From: a virus
Taxonomy: Duplodnaviria; Caudoviricetes
DNA length: 64,000 bases
Virus record (IMG/VR): IMGVR_UViG_3300032305_001732
Span: 1 to 64,000 of that record
Direction: 5' to 3' (one strand)
Shown: piece by piece, positions 54,039-63,793 of the stretch
How the letters are laid out: each line of letters starts with the position of its first letter
Numbering within the stretch: the first letter of the stretch is position 1
Made by a program: the position numbers and the translations under genes
The notes under the pieces: model-generated
What the model was told of the DNA's origin: nothing
Databases searched by the model: none
Seen by the model: only the letters and a program-made list of their open reading frames with translations

Positions 54039-56432
54039 GTGGGTACGAATTACAGCAAAAATGTTTCCAATAAGCTCACTGCAATGAGTAACTACGCCCG
54101 TAAAGGCGTAAAACTCGCAGCCCTCGGCGGCAAAGGTGATGACGTCCCGTTTGAGCAGGCGTTTAGCAATTTAGCTCACGCGTATCTGCAAGACAAAGCT
54201 CCGGGTCTCATGGATCACGAGGTAGGCTTTCAGCTCCTCGACCGCAACGCCGAAAACACAAAGGCGGTCGGCGTGTTTGCATTTAAGGTTGGGTCATTGT
54301 GGCTTTACGCGCCGATGTTCTTTTTAAACGGCGACCTAAAGGGCCACGAGCTCCTGTATTTAAAGAATCAGGATATGTTCGTGCCGCTTAAGGAAAACTG
54401 GATTAACTACCTCGTTAATCGTAAGCCGAGCATTTTAGGCCAAAACATCGACCGCAATTTATCGCAATTCGGCCAACGACAGCCTGACTTCACGCAGATG
54501 AGCCGCTCGCCGTCAAAGTTTGGCTCCGCCCAACCTACGCTCAAGGAAATGATTTCAGACGTTCTTCCGGCATTTGCCAAGAGCGCCACAATGAATACTT
54601 CCCGCGTTTTTGAGGACATGGGCAAGAAGCTCAACCTCGCGCAGTTCCTTAAAGAAGCCGAGCTGACAACGATTGACTTTCTTGTAAAGTCTTGCCAGTA
54701 CGCCCCGCAGTTAGCCACTGCGCTCGAGGAATTCCACGGTCTCGACATTATTAAAGATGCTATTGCCGCCGCCACAGCTCGCGGTACTGAGACAAAGATC
54801 GCCAGCGTGTTGTCTGAGTCGCCCAAAACGCCTGCAGCTGAGAAGAGCCTGAAGATTATCGACGGCGTTACGATGCAAACAAAGCTGCCGCCTGAAGCCA
54901 CAGAAGAAGATCAAGAAAAACTTCTGCAAGACGGCCTGCTTATCCTCGACCAGCGCGACAGCGATAACGTTTCAATTCCGTACAACATCCAGGTGGAAAA
55001 GAAGCTGTACAACCCCACCGAAAGCGGACTGTACGAGATTCTGGTCAAGCCGGGCAATACCGAGCGCTGCTATGTTGCCGTGTATCCGCAAGGCTCTGCC
55101 AAGCGCGAAAAAATGGTGACGGTTGTGCGCGTTGACGGTAAGCCTGATTGGTTAAATACACGCGCTAATAACGTATGGGCTTTAACCCGCATAGAGGGCG
55201 AAGAGTTCGACACGTGGTTCGACAAGCTGCCCGAAGCCACTAGTGTTCCGGGTAAATCTGCGCGTTACATGGCTATCAGCAAGCGCGGCGATACGACTGT
55301 GCCTTTCCGAGTGTTGCGCGAGTATGGCGACAGCGGTAAAGACTCCACAGTGTACGAAGTGCACATGGAAGATCACTGCCATCACCGCATGCCAGGTGAT
55401 ATCTCTGGTTGCTGCTATACAGACCCGCTGAATTACGATAAATATCGTGACGGCGTGCGCATTCATTTAAACGGTAAAAAAGGCACAAGCTTACGTTCCA
55501 GCATGGGCGATATTTTTGTGCCGGAAGGTTTTAAGCTGCTCAAGGTCAGCAAGGGCGAAGACGATACAGATTCGTCGGAAGGCCAGGATAGTTGCGCCTG
55601 CGGCGAGAGCGAGACGCCGCCGCTCATGCCGGGCACGCTGCTTGATGCTCAATTAGAGCTTATGGGTAAAACTGCCGCACTTATTGTGCGGCACACGGGT
55701 ACGGATGTCATTGTTAATGACGTTCGGCAAGGCTCTGAGAAGAGCGCGTTAATTCACCTCGTTGGCAGCCACGGCTTGCGGGAGGGCGCTGCCCGTGAAA
55801 TTATTAAGAAGGCCTCAGCAAAGGGCATGTTTGAATGCCGCGTTAAATACGCTGATCCATATGGGGCGCCAATGATGGTTAACGACGCGCCAGGGTCGCC
55901 GTCTATGCCAGAGCCGACAATGGGCGGCGAAACTGTTCTTAATACACGCGTGCCGACACAGCTCGGTATTGATATCGGCGTGCCAGTTCCGGGCATGAGC
56001 GCTATGCGTACAGACAGGTCAGTTTACAACCCGAACCCTGACTTTGATTCGACGCCGATGAGTCGCATGCAAGACAAAGATTTGCAGAGCGTACTTGACG
56101 CGGCTAGTTCAGGACAGCGCGAAGTATTTGATACAGCCATGATCGGCAGCATGCTTCGCGCTGTGCGCGACGATTCGCTTGTTGATCGCTACATGGGCGA
56201 ACTGACAAAGGGTCTTGATAAGCTCGGCCGCATTCTGTTTATGTTCTACTGGCACGGTGATCGCTTCGCTGAGCGTTACGGCAAGTCAGATATGCCGGAA
56301 TTGGAAGATTCGCTGCGCAACGCTTTTGAAATGCTCGGCGACGTAATTCTCTTCCTGAAGCAGAAGACTATCGAGCCGTATCCTGATACTGCGGCGCAAG
56401 ACGTGGATCTTGGCGCTGTTGCAAATTCTTAA
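54039..56432 (+). CDS. Large putative virion structural protein (~800 aa) with K-x-A motifs
   Basis: KLAAL, KSAT, KEAE, KIAS, KTAA, KYAD; GGAGG RBS before GTG 54039 (ORF opens 54027). Confidence 0.75.
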   Translation: MGTNYSKNVSNKLTAMSNYARKGVKLAALGGKGDDVPFEQAFSNLAHAYLQDKAPGLMDHEVGFQLLDRNAENTKAVGVFAFKVGSLWLYAPMFFLNGDLKGHELLYLKNQDMFVPLKENWINYLVNRKPSILGQNIDRNLSQFGQRQPDFTQMSRSPSKFGSAQPTLKEMISDVLPAFAKSATMNTSRVFEDMGKKLNLAQFLKEAELTTIDFLVKSCQYAPQLATALEEFHGLDIIKDAIAAATARGTETKIASVLSESPKTPAAEKSLKIIDGVTMQTKLPPEATEEDQEKLLQDGLLILDQRDSDNVSIPYNIQVEKKLYNPTESGLYEILVKPGNTERCYVAVYPQGSAKREKMVTVVRVDGKPDWLNTRANNVWALTRIEGEEFDTWFDKLPEATSVPGKSARYMAISKRGDTTVPFRVLREYGDSGKDSTVYEVHMEDHCHHRMPGDISGCCYTDPLNYDKYRDGVRIHLNGKKGTSLRSSMGDIFVPEGFKLLKVSKGEDDTDSSEGQDSCACGESETPPLMPGTLLDAQLELMGKTAALIVRHTGTDVIVNDVRQGSEKSALIHLVGSHGLREGAAREIIKKASAKGMFECRVKYADPYGAPMMVNDAPGSPSMPEPTMGGETVLNTRVPTQLGIDIGVPVPGMSAMRTDRSVYNPNPDFDSTPMSRMQDKDLQSVLDAASSGQREVFDTAMIGSMLRAVRDDSLVDRYMGELTKGLDKLGRILFMFYWHGDRFAERYGKSDMPELEDSLRNAFEMLGDVILFLKQKTIEPYPDTAAQDVDLGAVANS

Positions 56433-56442
56433 TAGGTGAAAA

Positions 56443-56862
56443 ATGGCTAGCACTATTTGGTCAGGCACTACCACATTTACAGCAACGAGCGGCACCGAAA
56501 CAACTGTGCCCGTAAAAATGCCGCATCGCGGTATTCTTCGCGGCTACGCGCTTGTGCAAACAAGTGGCGCTGACAACAAGTTTGACGCTGATCTTTATTC
56601 CAGCAATCGAGAGACTGCGCCGAACTCAGCCCTACCGTCCGAGGCTTTTCATGTTTTGAGCCTGGCCGATTTTGCTGACGTTGTGTCTGACCCTGATGTG
56701 GTAGCAATTGCTGAAAACAGCAATGTTAACGTCGCGTATTTAAATCGAGACGGCAGCCCGACATTACCGCAGCGGTTTCTGTATCTGCGGATTAAACCTA
56801 ACGGCACCGGCGCAAAGAATTTTGTACTTACTGTCACCGTCGAAACGCCGATGTTGCGTTAA
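56443..56862 (+). CDS. Small beta-rich structural protein, paralogue A
   Basis: RGILRGY...PQRFLYLRIKP...TVETP shared with 60796 gene. Confidence 0.75.
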   Translation: MASTIWSGTTTFTATSGTETTVPVKMPHRGILRGYALVQTSGADNKFDADLYSSNRETAPNSALPSEAFHVLSLADFADVVSDPDVVAIAENSNVNVAYLNRDGSPTLPQRFLYLRIKPNGTGAKNFVLTVTVETPMLR

Positions 56863-56881
56863 ATATCTACGGAGTAATACC

Positions 56882-58801
56882 ATGCCTGATATCACACGCG
56901 TATTCCGGGCGCTGCATTTTCCACGCCGCCGCCGCGAAGTTGTGAGTTCGACAAATCTGACGCCGACCAATGTGCAGCCAGGTGAGCTGCTGTACGACGA
57001 AACGGCAAACAAACTTTATGCCGGCCGCGCAGACGCAACGGCTGTGCAAGTTGGCGGCGGGAATGTGGTTACTGCCGCCACAGTCTCGGCGTTCCCTGCA
57101 ACTGGTGCTACCGGCGTGATTTATTTGGCAACGGATACTTCACGGACGTACCAATGGCAGGGCGCATACATGGAGGTGGGTGGCGGCCCATTGCAGGGCT
57201 CGACGGATTCCGTCACCGAGGGCGCGACCAACCTTTACTACACGAACACGCGTGCCGCAGCAGCGGCACCCGTGCAGAGCGTTGCTGGCAGAACAGGAAC
57301 GATCACGATCTCGTCTTCTGACGTGAGCGGATTAGTGTCGATTGCCACCAGCGGCAGTGCGAGCGACCTGTCGGCTGGCACGGTTCCTACCACAAGACTT
57401 CCCATTGCCACCGACACGACTGCGGGAGCGATCAAGGTCGGCACGGGCCTGGCGATCGCGAATGGCGTGCTTTCATCGGCTGGGGACCTCACGCTGCGTG
57501 CGTTGTTCACGCCCCCTGCACCGACCGGCCTCACCGTGACCCGCGGCAACGCTTCGGCAACACTGTCATGGTCGGCGCCGACAGTACTAGCTCAAACTCC
57601 AATTACAGACTACACAGAGCAATACAGCACCAACAATGGCGCAACTTGGACGACGTTTACTCAGGCGGCGTCTACTGCGACAAGTGCTACTATCACGGGG
57701 TTGACCAACGGTACGTCTTATGTGTTTCGCGTGGCGGCGGTTAACGGCGTTGGTACTGGTGATTATACAGCAGCGAGTAATGCGATTAGGCCGGGGGTAG
57801 CCTCGGCACCTACGGGGCTGACTGCCAACCCGGGTAACACCCAGATTGCTCTTGCGTGGACTGCGCCGTCGAACACTGGCGCGTCTTCCATCACTGGCTA
57901 CACGGTGGAATATACTCCGTCAGGTGGTGCTGCTCAGACTGTATCTACAGGTAGCGCTAGCACAAGCTACACGCTGACTGGGCTGATAAACGGAACCGCG
58001 TATACCGTGCGAGTGGCGGCAGTAACTGCGGTTGGCACTGGGGATTACACGGCAGCAAGCAGCAGTGTTACTCCTAACTCTGCTGTCGCCACTGGTGGAA
58101 CTGTTACTACAAGCGGCGGATTCAAGTGGCATACCTTTAACAGCGGCGGCACGCTAACCATTTCTGCCGGTGATCTTTCTAACGTCGAAGTGCTTGTCGT
58201 AGGTTCTGGCGGCGGTGGAAGCCAAGTTTTCGCCGGCGGCGGCGGCGGTGGTGGTGGTGTGCTTTATCAGCTTAATCAAACCATTCCCGTAGGCACATAC
58301 GCCGTGACAGTCGCCCCGCAAGCCCCTGTTAGGACGAGCGGGACTTCGTCGTCCATCGGTTCGCTTTATGTTGCTACTGGTGGTCGCAGCGGCAGCAGCG
58401 ACACGTCAGGCTACGCTGCCGACGGAGGCGCATCTGGTTTCCCGACAACAACGTCAAATAGCGCTGGAAACAGTGGCGGCGGTGCTTATAGAAATTGGGA
58501 CGAGCGAGTTGGCGGTGGTGGCGGCGGCGGGGCCGGCGGAGCGGGACAAGCGGGGCAAACTGGCAGTTGCGCTGTTGGTGGAAACGGTTTAACAGTTTTT
58601 GGGGTTCTTTACGGGCGCGGGGGCAACGGAACAACAAACAACGGTGACCAAAATTCTGCAAACTTCGGGTGCAGTGCAGTAGAAAACGGCCCTGCAAACT
58701 CGGGTCAGGGCGGTAGCGGTGGTAATGCTATATATCTTAATACTGGAAGAATTGGCACTGGCGGCTCTGGCGTAGTTATCATTAGATACCCCGCAACATG
58801 A
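56882..58801 (+). CDS. Tail-fibre/adhesin with two fibronectin type III domains and glycine-rich C-terminal domain
   Basis: GELLYDE..KLY N-module; PPAPTGLT...WSAP...YVFRVAAVNGVGTG and second Fn3; VLVVGSGGGG glycine-rich domain. Confidence 0.85.
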   Translation: MPDITRVFRALHFPRRRREVVSSTNLTPTNVQPGELLYDETANKLYAGRADATAVQVGGGNVVTAATVSAFPATGATGVIYLATDTSRTYQWQGAYMEVGGGPLQGSTDSVTEGATNLYYTNTRAAAAAPVQSVAGRTGTITISSSDVSGLVSIATSGSASDLSAGTVPTTRLPIATDTTAGAIKVGTGLAIANGVLSSAGDLTLRALFTPPAPTGLTVTRGNASATLSWSAPTVLAQTPITDYTEQYSTNNGATWTTFTQAASTATSATITGLTNGTSYVFRVAAVNGVGTGDYTAASNAIRPGVASAPTGLTANPGNTQIALAWTAPSNTGASSITGYTVEYTPSGGAAQTVSTGSASTSYTLTGLINGTAYTVRVAAVTAVGTGDYTAASSSVTPNSAVATGGTVTTSGGFKWHTFNSGGTLTISAGDLSNVEVLVVGSGGGGSQVFAGGGGGGGGVLYQLNQTIPVGTYAVTVAPQAPVRTSGTSSSIGSLYVATGGRSGSSDTSGYAADGGASGFPTTTSNSAGNSGGGAYRNWDERVGGGGGGGAGGAGQAGQTGSCAVGGNGLTVFGVLYGRGGNGTTNNGDQNSANFGCSAVENGPANSGQGGSGGNAIYLNTGRIGTGGSGVVIIRYPAT

Positions 58802-59280
58802 AGACTTTTTACAGATTACCTAACGGACAAAGCTTTGCTTTTGTAGCGAGAGCAGGCTCGACGGCACTTGGTTGCGGTGTTCAGTCTGTCTACGGCAACT
58901 GGCATGGAGATCATTGTTGCGACGAAGAGCTTCCGCGCAATTGCGTGGTTGTGGTTCGGGAGCCGGTAACAAGGTTTCGTTCGCTACTCTGGGCGATGAA
59001 CACAACTGCCGACGAGGCAATTTCTAGAATGCAGGAGTCGCCGCGATTTCCGTGTGGGCGCGGATTCGCGCAACACTTTCGCCCAGTTTCGACCTTAGTT
59101 CAGAGCGATAGCCGAGTGTTTCGTTTCTTTGATCCAGAAATCTGGACGGCCCTAATTATTCCGCCATACAACGAAATCGTAAGCAAGTCGTCGCACCATC
59201 CCGACCTCACGACAGAGCAAGAAGAGAAGGTTCGCGACATATACGCAGACGACATTGCATTGTGGGAGTCGCTGTCATGA
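58798..59280 (+). CDS. Sulfotransferase-family-2-like protein (degenerate)
   Basis: FAFVARAGST, VVREPVTRFRS, HFRP, YADDIALW pattern. Confidence 0.5.
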   Translation: MKTFYRLPNGQSFAFVARAGSTALGCGVQSVYGNWHGDHCCDEELPRNCVVVVREPVTRFRSLLWAMNTTADEAISRMQESPRFPCGRGFAQHFRPVSTLVQSDSRVFRFFDPEIWTALIIPPYNEIVSKSSHHPDLTTEQEEKVRDIYADDIALWESLS

Positions 59281-59378
59281 CCCTCTACTATGCCCTTACT
59301 GACGAAACAACCATTTTTCTCTTGTGCGCCATCATGCAAACGCTATGCCTCTGCTACCTCGTCTGGAGGTCGCCGTGA
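59277..59378 (+). CDS. Possible 33-aa hydrophobic peptide
   Basis: ATGA overlap with upstream stop; single TM. Confidence 0.3.
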   Translation: MTLYYALTDETTIFLLCAIMQTLCLCYLVWRSP

Positions 59379-59409
59379 AACACGTAAGGAGCCATTAAGG
59401 TAATAACTT

Positions 59410-59673
59410 ATGCCTATTTCATTTCCAGCTTCGCCCACAGTGGGGCAAACGAGTACGCAAAACGGTCGGACCTATACGTGGTCTGGCTATGCGTGGGAAC
59501 TAGTCACTGCGAGTAACGCCGGCAGCGGTGGGGCAAACAACTACGTAGAAAGCGACATTACCGGGCTTACCGGCGGGACAGTTCTTACAAACATTGTTAA
59601 AATTACCCAAGCCGGCTATAACGCGCTGTCGACTAAAGATCCGGCAACCGTGTACTACATTGTTTCCGGGTAA
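59410..59673 (+). CDS. Small fibre-associated protein
   Basis: ISFPASPTVGQ...TYTWSGYAW and TQAGYNALSTKDPATVYYI modules typical of fibre proteins. Confidence 0.75.
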   Translation: MPISFPASPTVGQTSTQNGRTYTWSGYAWELVTASNAGSGGANNYVESDITGLTGGTVLTNIVKITQAGYNALSTKDPATVYYIVSG

Positions 59674-59678
59674 TTGTT

Positions 59679-60755
59679 ATGCCAATAGTAGACAGCAATA
59701 CATACATAAGCAGCACCAACATTACGTCTATCAAAATAGGCGATGAGGTTGTCGAGCGCGTTTTTGTGGGCGAAAATTTAGTTTTTTGTCGTGGCGATGC
59801 GTGTTGTTCTGAGGCAACGGCCCCCGTCAAAATGACTGGCTGGGTTGTTGGTGAGCGTACGCTAACACCTATTGGCTATGCTCCTTATGGGCGTGAGACT
59901 TATTTATACGGCGACGAGGCTGTCCGTTATGAGACGGGCGTATGGCTTTATACAAACACGACATATGGTGAACTTGCTAGAGCGTATAGTTATGCCGCGC
60001 GGCCTTGGTTAGTAAATTGGCCGGCTCCATTTACAGCGGAGCAGGTTTGCGCGCCGTGTGTTTCTGGCTGCACAGATAACACCGCTACGAACTACAACCC
60101 CAACGCAACATGCGACGACGGGTCATGCGTTCAATGCGTCTACGGCTGCACCGATTCAAACGCCGACAATTACAACCAACTAGCAACTTGCGATGACTTT
60201 TCGTGCGACGGCGATTTTGGCTCGTCGGGTTTTAAGTGGATGAGAATGCTTAGCGTAGATTCCACCACGGCTTTTGGAATTGGACAAAATAACATAACAG
60301 TATCAATTACCCAAAGTGTTGGCGGTATGTTCTCGCACGCTAACGGCGCCGTCGGCGGCACAGTTTTCCCAGAAGAATACGGCGTGCCTATTAGCGGGAA
60401 TCAAATTGGAAACACGCAGGCCGGAGTATTTACTGCCGTGTTTAGCGAACCCGTCACAGACGCCTTAGTAGCTTTTGCCAGCGTTGGTCAAGGCGGCACG
60501 CCGGTTCAAGTACAAGTGCGTGATGAGAATGGCGCGCCCAAGCCGTTTACACCGATTTGGGCGTTAGACGGCGCAACGACATATCAAAACATGACGGGTG
60601 TCGGGCCAAATTTCCAGTACACGGAATTTATTGGCGAAGAAGGCTATAACATTATTCGAATTGACGGCACAATGAGCAGTGTGACTTTTAACTACACAGT
60701 TAGTGAAAATTACTGCACAATCTGTTTTGGTTTTGTTGATCAAAACACGCCGTGA
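59679..60755 (+). CDS. Fibre/adhesin-like protein with GCTD...DDGSC repeats
   Basis: Two GCTDxxAxNYxxxAxCDD repeats; beta-rich C-terminal domain. Confidence 0.75.
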   Translation: MPIVDSNTYISSTNITSIKIGDEVVERVFVGENLVFCRGDACCSEATAPVKMTGWVVGERTLTPIGYAPYGRETYLYGDEAVRYETGVWLYTNTTYGELARAYSYAARPWLVNWPAPFTAEQVCAPCVSGCTDNTATNYNPNATCDDGSCVQCVYGCTDSNADNYNQLATCDDFSCDGDFGSSGFKWMRMLSVDSTTAFGIGQNNITVSITQSVGGMFSHANGAVGGTVFPEEYGVPISGNQIGNTQAGVFTAVFSEPVTDALVAFASVGQGGTPVQVQVRDENGAPKPFTPIWALDGATTYQNMTGVGPNFQYTEFIGEEGYNIIRIDGTMSSVTFNYTVSENYCTICFGFVDQNTP

Positions 60756-60795
60756 TCACAACAGAAATGTTTATTGCCGCGGGAAAAACTTAACT

Positions 60796-61191
60796 ATGGC
60801 CGGCAAAATTTGGACCGCTGCCCAGACTTTTTCAGCTGAAAGCGGGAAAGAGTCCGTTATTACGCTGAAAGCGCCCTACCGCGGAATTCTACGCGGCTAT
60901 CGGTTAGCGCAGACTAATGGCCTGCTTCGGGGCGCTGCTGCATCGTTGTATACAAGCAACCAAGAAACAGAGCCCAACAGCACATTACCAGCTGAGAAGT
61001 TTCGTGTTCTAAGCGTTGAACTGGCGGTCGGCGCAGCAAAAATCGAAAATCACTTTTCGCGTATATCGTACGCCAACTCCGACGGTACTGAAGAAGCGCC
61101 GCAACGACTGCTGTATCTAAAAATTATGCCTTACGGTAGCGGGCCAAAATCGTTTACATTTTCGGCTACTGTAGAAACGCCGATTACTTAA
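60796..61191 (+). CDS. Small beta-rich structural protein, paralogue B
   Basis: RGILRGY...PQRLLYLKIMP...TVETP. Confidence 0.75.
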   Translation: MAGKIWTAAQTFSAESGKESVITLKAPYRGILRGYRLAQTNGLLRGAAASLYTSNQETEPNSTLPAEKFRVLSVELAVGAAKIENHFSRISYANSDGTEEAPQRLLYLKIMPYGSGPKSFTFSATVETPIT

Positions 61192-61438
61192 AACTCCACA
61201 GCGCGCCAATAACTGTACCGACACAAAAATTAATGCCGCCTAATACTGGTAACAGATAGGACAACGTACGCGCAGTCTCGTAGCCAAATTCCACATCGTG
61301 CGCCATTAATTGCGCGTACGGCGAATTAGCTAAAACGTAAAACTCGGTCAGCGGCATGGATACGGTCATCCAAGCAAACACAAATCCGCAAAGCAACGCG
61401 CGAACAACCCCTATAGCGCAAAGCAAAATTAGTCGCAT
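61184..61438 (-). CDS. Small 2-TM membrane protein (only convincing minus-strand gene)
   Basis: GGAG RBS on minus strand 5 nt before ATG; two hydrophobic segments. Confidence 0.6.
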   Translation of the reverse strand: MRLILLCAIGVVRALLCGFVFAWMTVSMPLTEFYVLANSPYAQLMAHDVEFGYETARTLSYLLPVLGGINFCVGTVIGALWSFK

Positions 61439-61527
61439 AATTACTCCAAGTTAAAGGTGTGAGTAATTCCTTGCTCGTGATTATACTGCTATTACGCTAA
61501 CAACACACTAATATTTAATACCGGCTA

Positions 61528-62457
61528 ATGCTGCAAGCTTTAAAAGACAATCCACTGCGCGCCCCTAATTGGCGCTGGCTGCGTGCCGTCGAGGTAGATG
61601 CCGCAGGGCCGAGGCCGTCCAAGCGGCGTGATGGCGAAGCCGGTTTTCCGTGGATTCGCCGCGCTATTCGTTTAAAACGCCGTCACGCATTAAACGCTAA
61701 TCGCCCTAATGCTTTATACGCATTGGCGCAGGCTGATTCAGAGCTATTCTGGGCGCACTCTATCTGGGCTAACGAAAAAGCTCCTACACGCTGGGCTATC
61801 GAGGCCCGCATCCTAGCCGGCGAGGCGGATGCCGACATTGCGAAGAAGATCGGCTGTTCTCCAGATATTATCACCGCATACGAATCTGTATTTTTTAATG
61901 TTCGGGAAAAGCTAGACCACAGCGAGTACATTGTAAACGTGGTTATGGCTGATGCTGTAGCTCGCGGACTTTCAGAGCGACAGTACGATCTTCTGTGGAA
62001 GATGTTTGGCTATCAGGGCGGTTCATTAGTTTTAGACGCCATGATTAGCAAATTCACGATTATGCGGCGGCCGGAAAAAGCTGAAGATGTTTCGGCGTTT
62101 TTCCAAGAATCCGCTATTAATTCGATGCGCCACAAGGCTGCCGTCGCTGCGCTTACGGTGCCGATCAACTCGCATACGCAATTGTTACTGCTCGATGCTT
62201 ATGTAAAATATGTGGAAATCGAGCGCACCACGGAAAATACCAGTAAAGCCAACACAAATATCGTGCAGAATATCGGCGCTATGTTGACTGCGCTGCCGTT
62301 TAAAGTTGGTACAAAACTGGATTCCGAGGGTGATAAAATGGTACCCTTTGATAATGGCGCAGCCGAATTACGTGGTGACGAATTAATGATTGTGTCATCG
62401 GGCGGCAAGATCCGTAACCAGCCGACCATCGAAAATTTACGTTTTCCTGGAGAATAA
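61528..62457 (+). CDS. Hypothetical protein (309 aa)
   Basis: Intact ORF; EARILAG...IAKKIG...YESVFFNV HTH-like segment. Confidence 0.8.
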   Translation: MLQALKDNPLRAPNWRWLRAVEVDAAGPRPSKRRDGEAGFPWIRRAIRLKRRHALNANRPNALYALAQADSELFWAHSIWANEKAPTRWAIEARILAGEADADIAKKIGCSPDIITAYESVFFNVREKLDHSEYIVNVVMADAVARGLSERQYDLLWKMFGYQGGSLVLDAMISKFTIMRRPEKAEDVSAFFQESAINSMRHKAAVAALTVPINSHTQLLLLDAYVKYVEIERTTENTSKANTNIVQNIGAMLTALPFKVGTKLDSEGDKMVPFDNGAAELRGDELMIVSSGGKIRNQPTIENLRFPGE

Positions 62458-62460
62458 CGC

Positions 62461-63783
62461 ATGCGGCAATTAAGCAAAGAAGCCGAGGCGAACCTTTTAG
62501 CGGCCATTGAAAAAGCCGCCACACAGGTTAATGCCGGCAAGATGCCAAACGAGGCGATCGTTAAGATTGCCAAAGAGCAGGATATGCCGGCCGGGCAAGT
62601 CCGGCTGATGGTGCACGCATATAACACCGGCCGAACGACTACTACCCGCGAAAAGGGTGCGTCAACGTCTGAGAAGGCAGCTGATTTCCAATTAGCTGAC
62701 GTAGACGCCATCCTTGACACGCTTTATCCGAAAGCTGTTAAAACGGCTGCGGAAATTACTCGCGGCGAAGTGGTTTCAACTGAATACGCCGTTTCCCCCA
62801 CTAGCTTTTTAGCTCGGCGGGTAGCGGGTATGCAGAAGACCGCAACAGCCATGCCCGAAAAGACATGGATTCCGCCGCCCCGTGACGAGCATGCCGCAGT
62901 TATGCGCAGCTACAGCGAGAAGCAGGCTGCCAAACGAGTTGAAGAAGAGCTGCGTCGCGAGTCGACTATGGCGTATGGCAAAGCTGCAAATGCTATGGAG
63001 CAGCTACACGAGTATTTCCGGCGTCCTGGCAACATGGCGTTTAAAGACGCTGTGCGCGAAACTGAATTACGTTACGGCGTAGATGCTGTAAATGTTTTAA
63101 AGAAGGTTGCCGCTGTTTATCCGCATCTGGAAAAGCAGGCTGGTACAAGCAAGCGCCACTTCGGCACCTGCGACGCGTGTGACCTTGCGCAGAACGTACT
63201 TACCGCTGTGGAAAGTTATAACGACGCAAAGGGCCGGCTTGCGCCACCAAAGACTGCCGCCGTTAAAGCGCCTGAGCCCGAGGTTGTAACAGGCTCAATT
63301 CTGTACAACCCGCTCGAGGAGTCACTCGACCTAAAAAAAGCTAATGCGTTATCCCCAATTCCAATGGGCCCTGTAGGGATGACGCAATATCTTGGGCAGC
63401 ATATGTCTACGGGAATGAACAGCTATATCAAAGAGCCGGACAAGATGCTCAATGACACGCTGAAGGATATCACTGACCCAGATCATGAACGTAAGCTTCG
63501 TAATATCCGCGCCCAAAGCGTAGTTACGGATCTTATGACAAATGACCCGGTTATCTCTGGGCATGATCCGCGTGAAGTAGCTAATGCGTTTAACGAGCTG
63601 GCTGAAGTAGCGCCCAGCTTTATGGACTCAACTGCGACGGTGCAGGCTTTACTGCGCAAACGACTCGAGGCCGGCCAGCTCGCCGATTTCGATATCAAGC
63701 AATTGCTCGATATGGAAAAGGTCAAAGCGGAAAAGCAAAAGAACATTGTCGACGCCCGCAGCAGCGAAATGGGCATGATCTAA
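62461..63783 (+). CDS. K-x-A-rich putative head/scaffold-like protein (440 aa)
   Basis: At least ten K-x-A motifs (KEAE, KAAT, KAAD, KTAA, KTAT, KQAA, KAAN, KVAA, KQAG, KTAA). Confidence 0.8.
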   Translation: MRQLSKEAEANLLAAIEKAATQVNAGKMPNEAIVKIAKEQDMPAGQVRLMVHAYNTGRTTTTREKGASTSEKAADFQLADVDAILDTLYPKAVKTAAEITRGEVVSTEYAVSPTSFLARRVAGMQKTATAMPEKTWIPPPRDEHAAVMRSYSEKQAAKRVEEELRRESTMAYGKAANAMEQLHEYFRRPGNMAFKDAVRETELRYGVDAVNVLKKVAAVYPHLEKQAGTSKRHFGTCDACDLAQNVLTAVESYNDAKGRLAPPKTAAVKAPEPEVVTGSILYNPLEESLDLKKANALSPIPMGPVGMTQYLGQHMSTGMNSYIKEPDKMLNDTLKDITDPDHERKLRNIRAQSVVTDLMTNDPVISGHDPREVANAFNELAEVAPSFMDSTATVQALLRKRLEAGQLADFDIKQLLDMEKVKAEKQKNIVDARSSEMGMI

Positions 63784-63793
63784 GGACTACAAA

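Noticed and set aside
107-63776. The many overlapping minus-strand and alternate-frame ORFs in the track
   Set aside because: They shadow well-supported + strand genes, lack RBSs and have no recognisable motifs (except 61184-61438)
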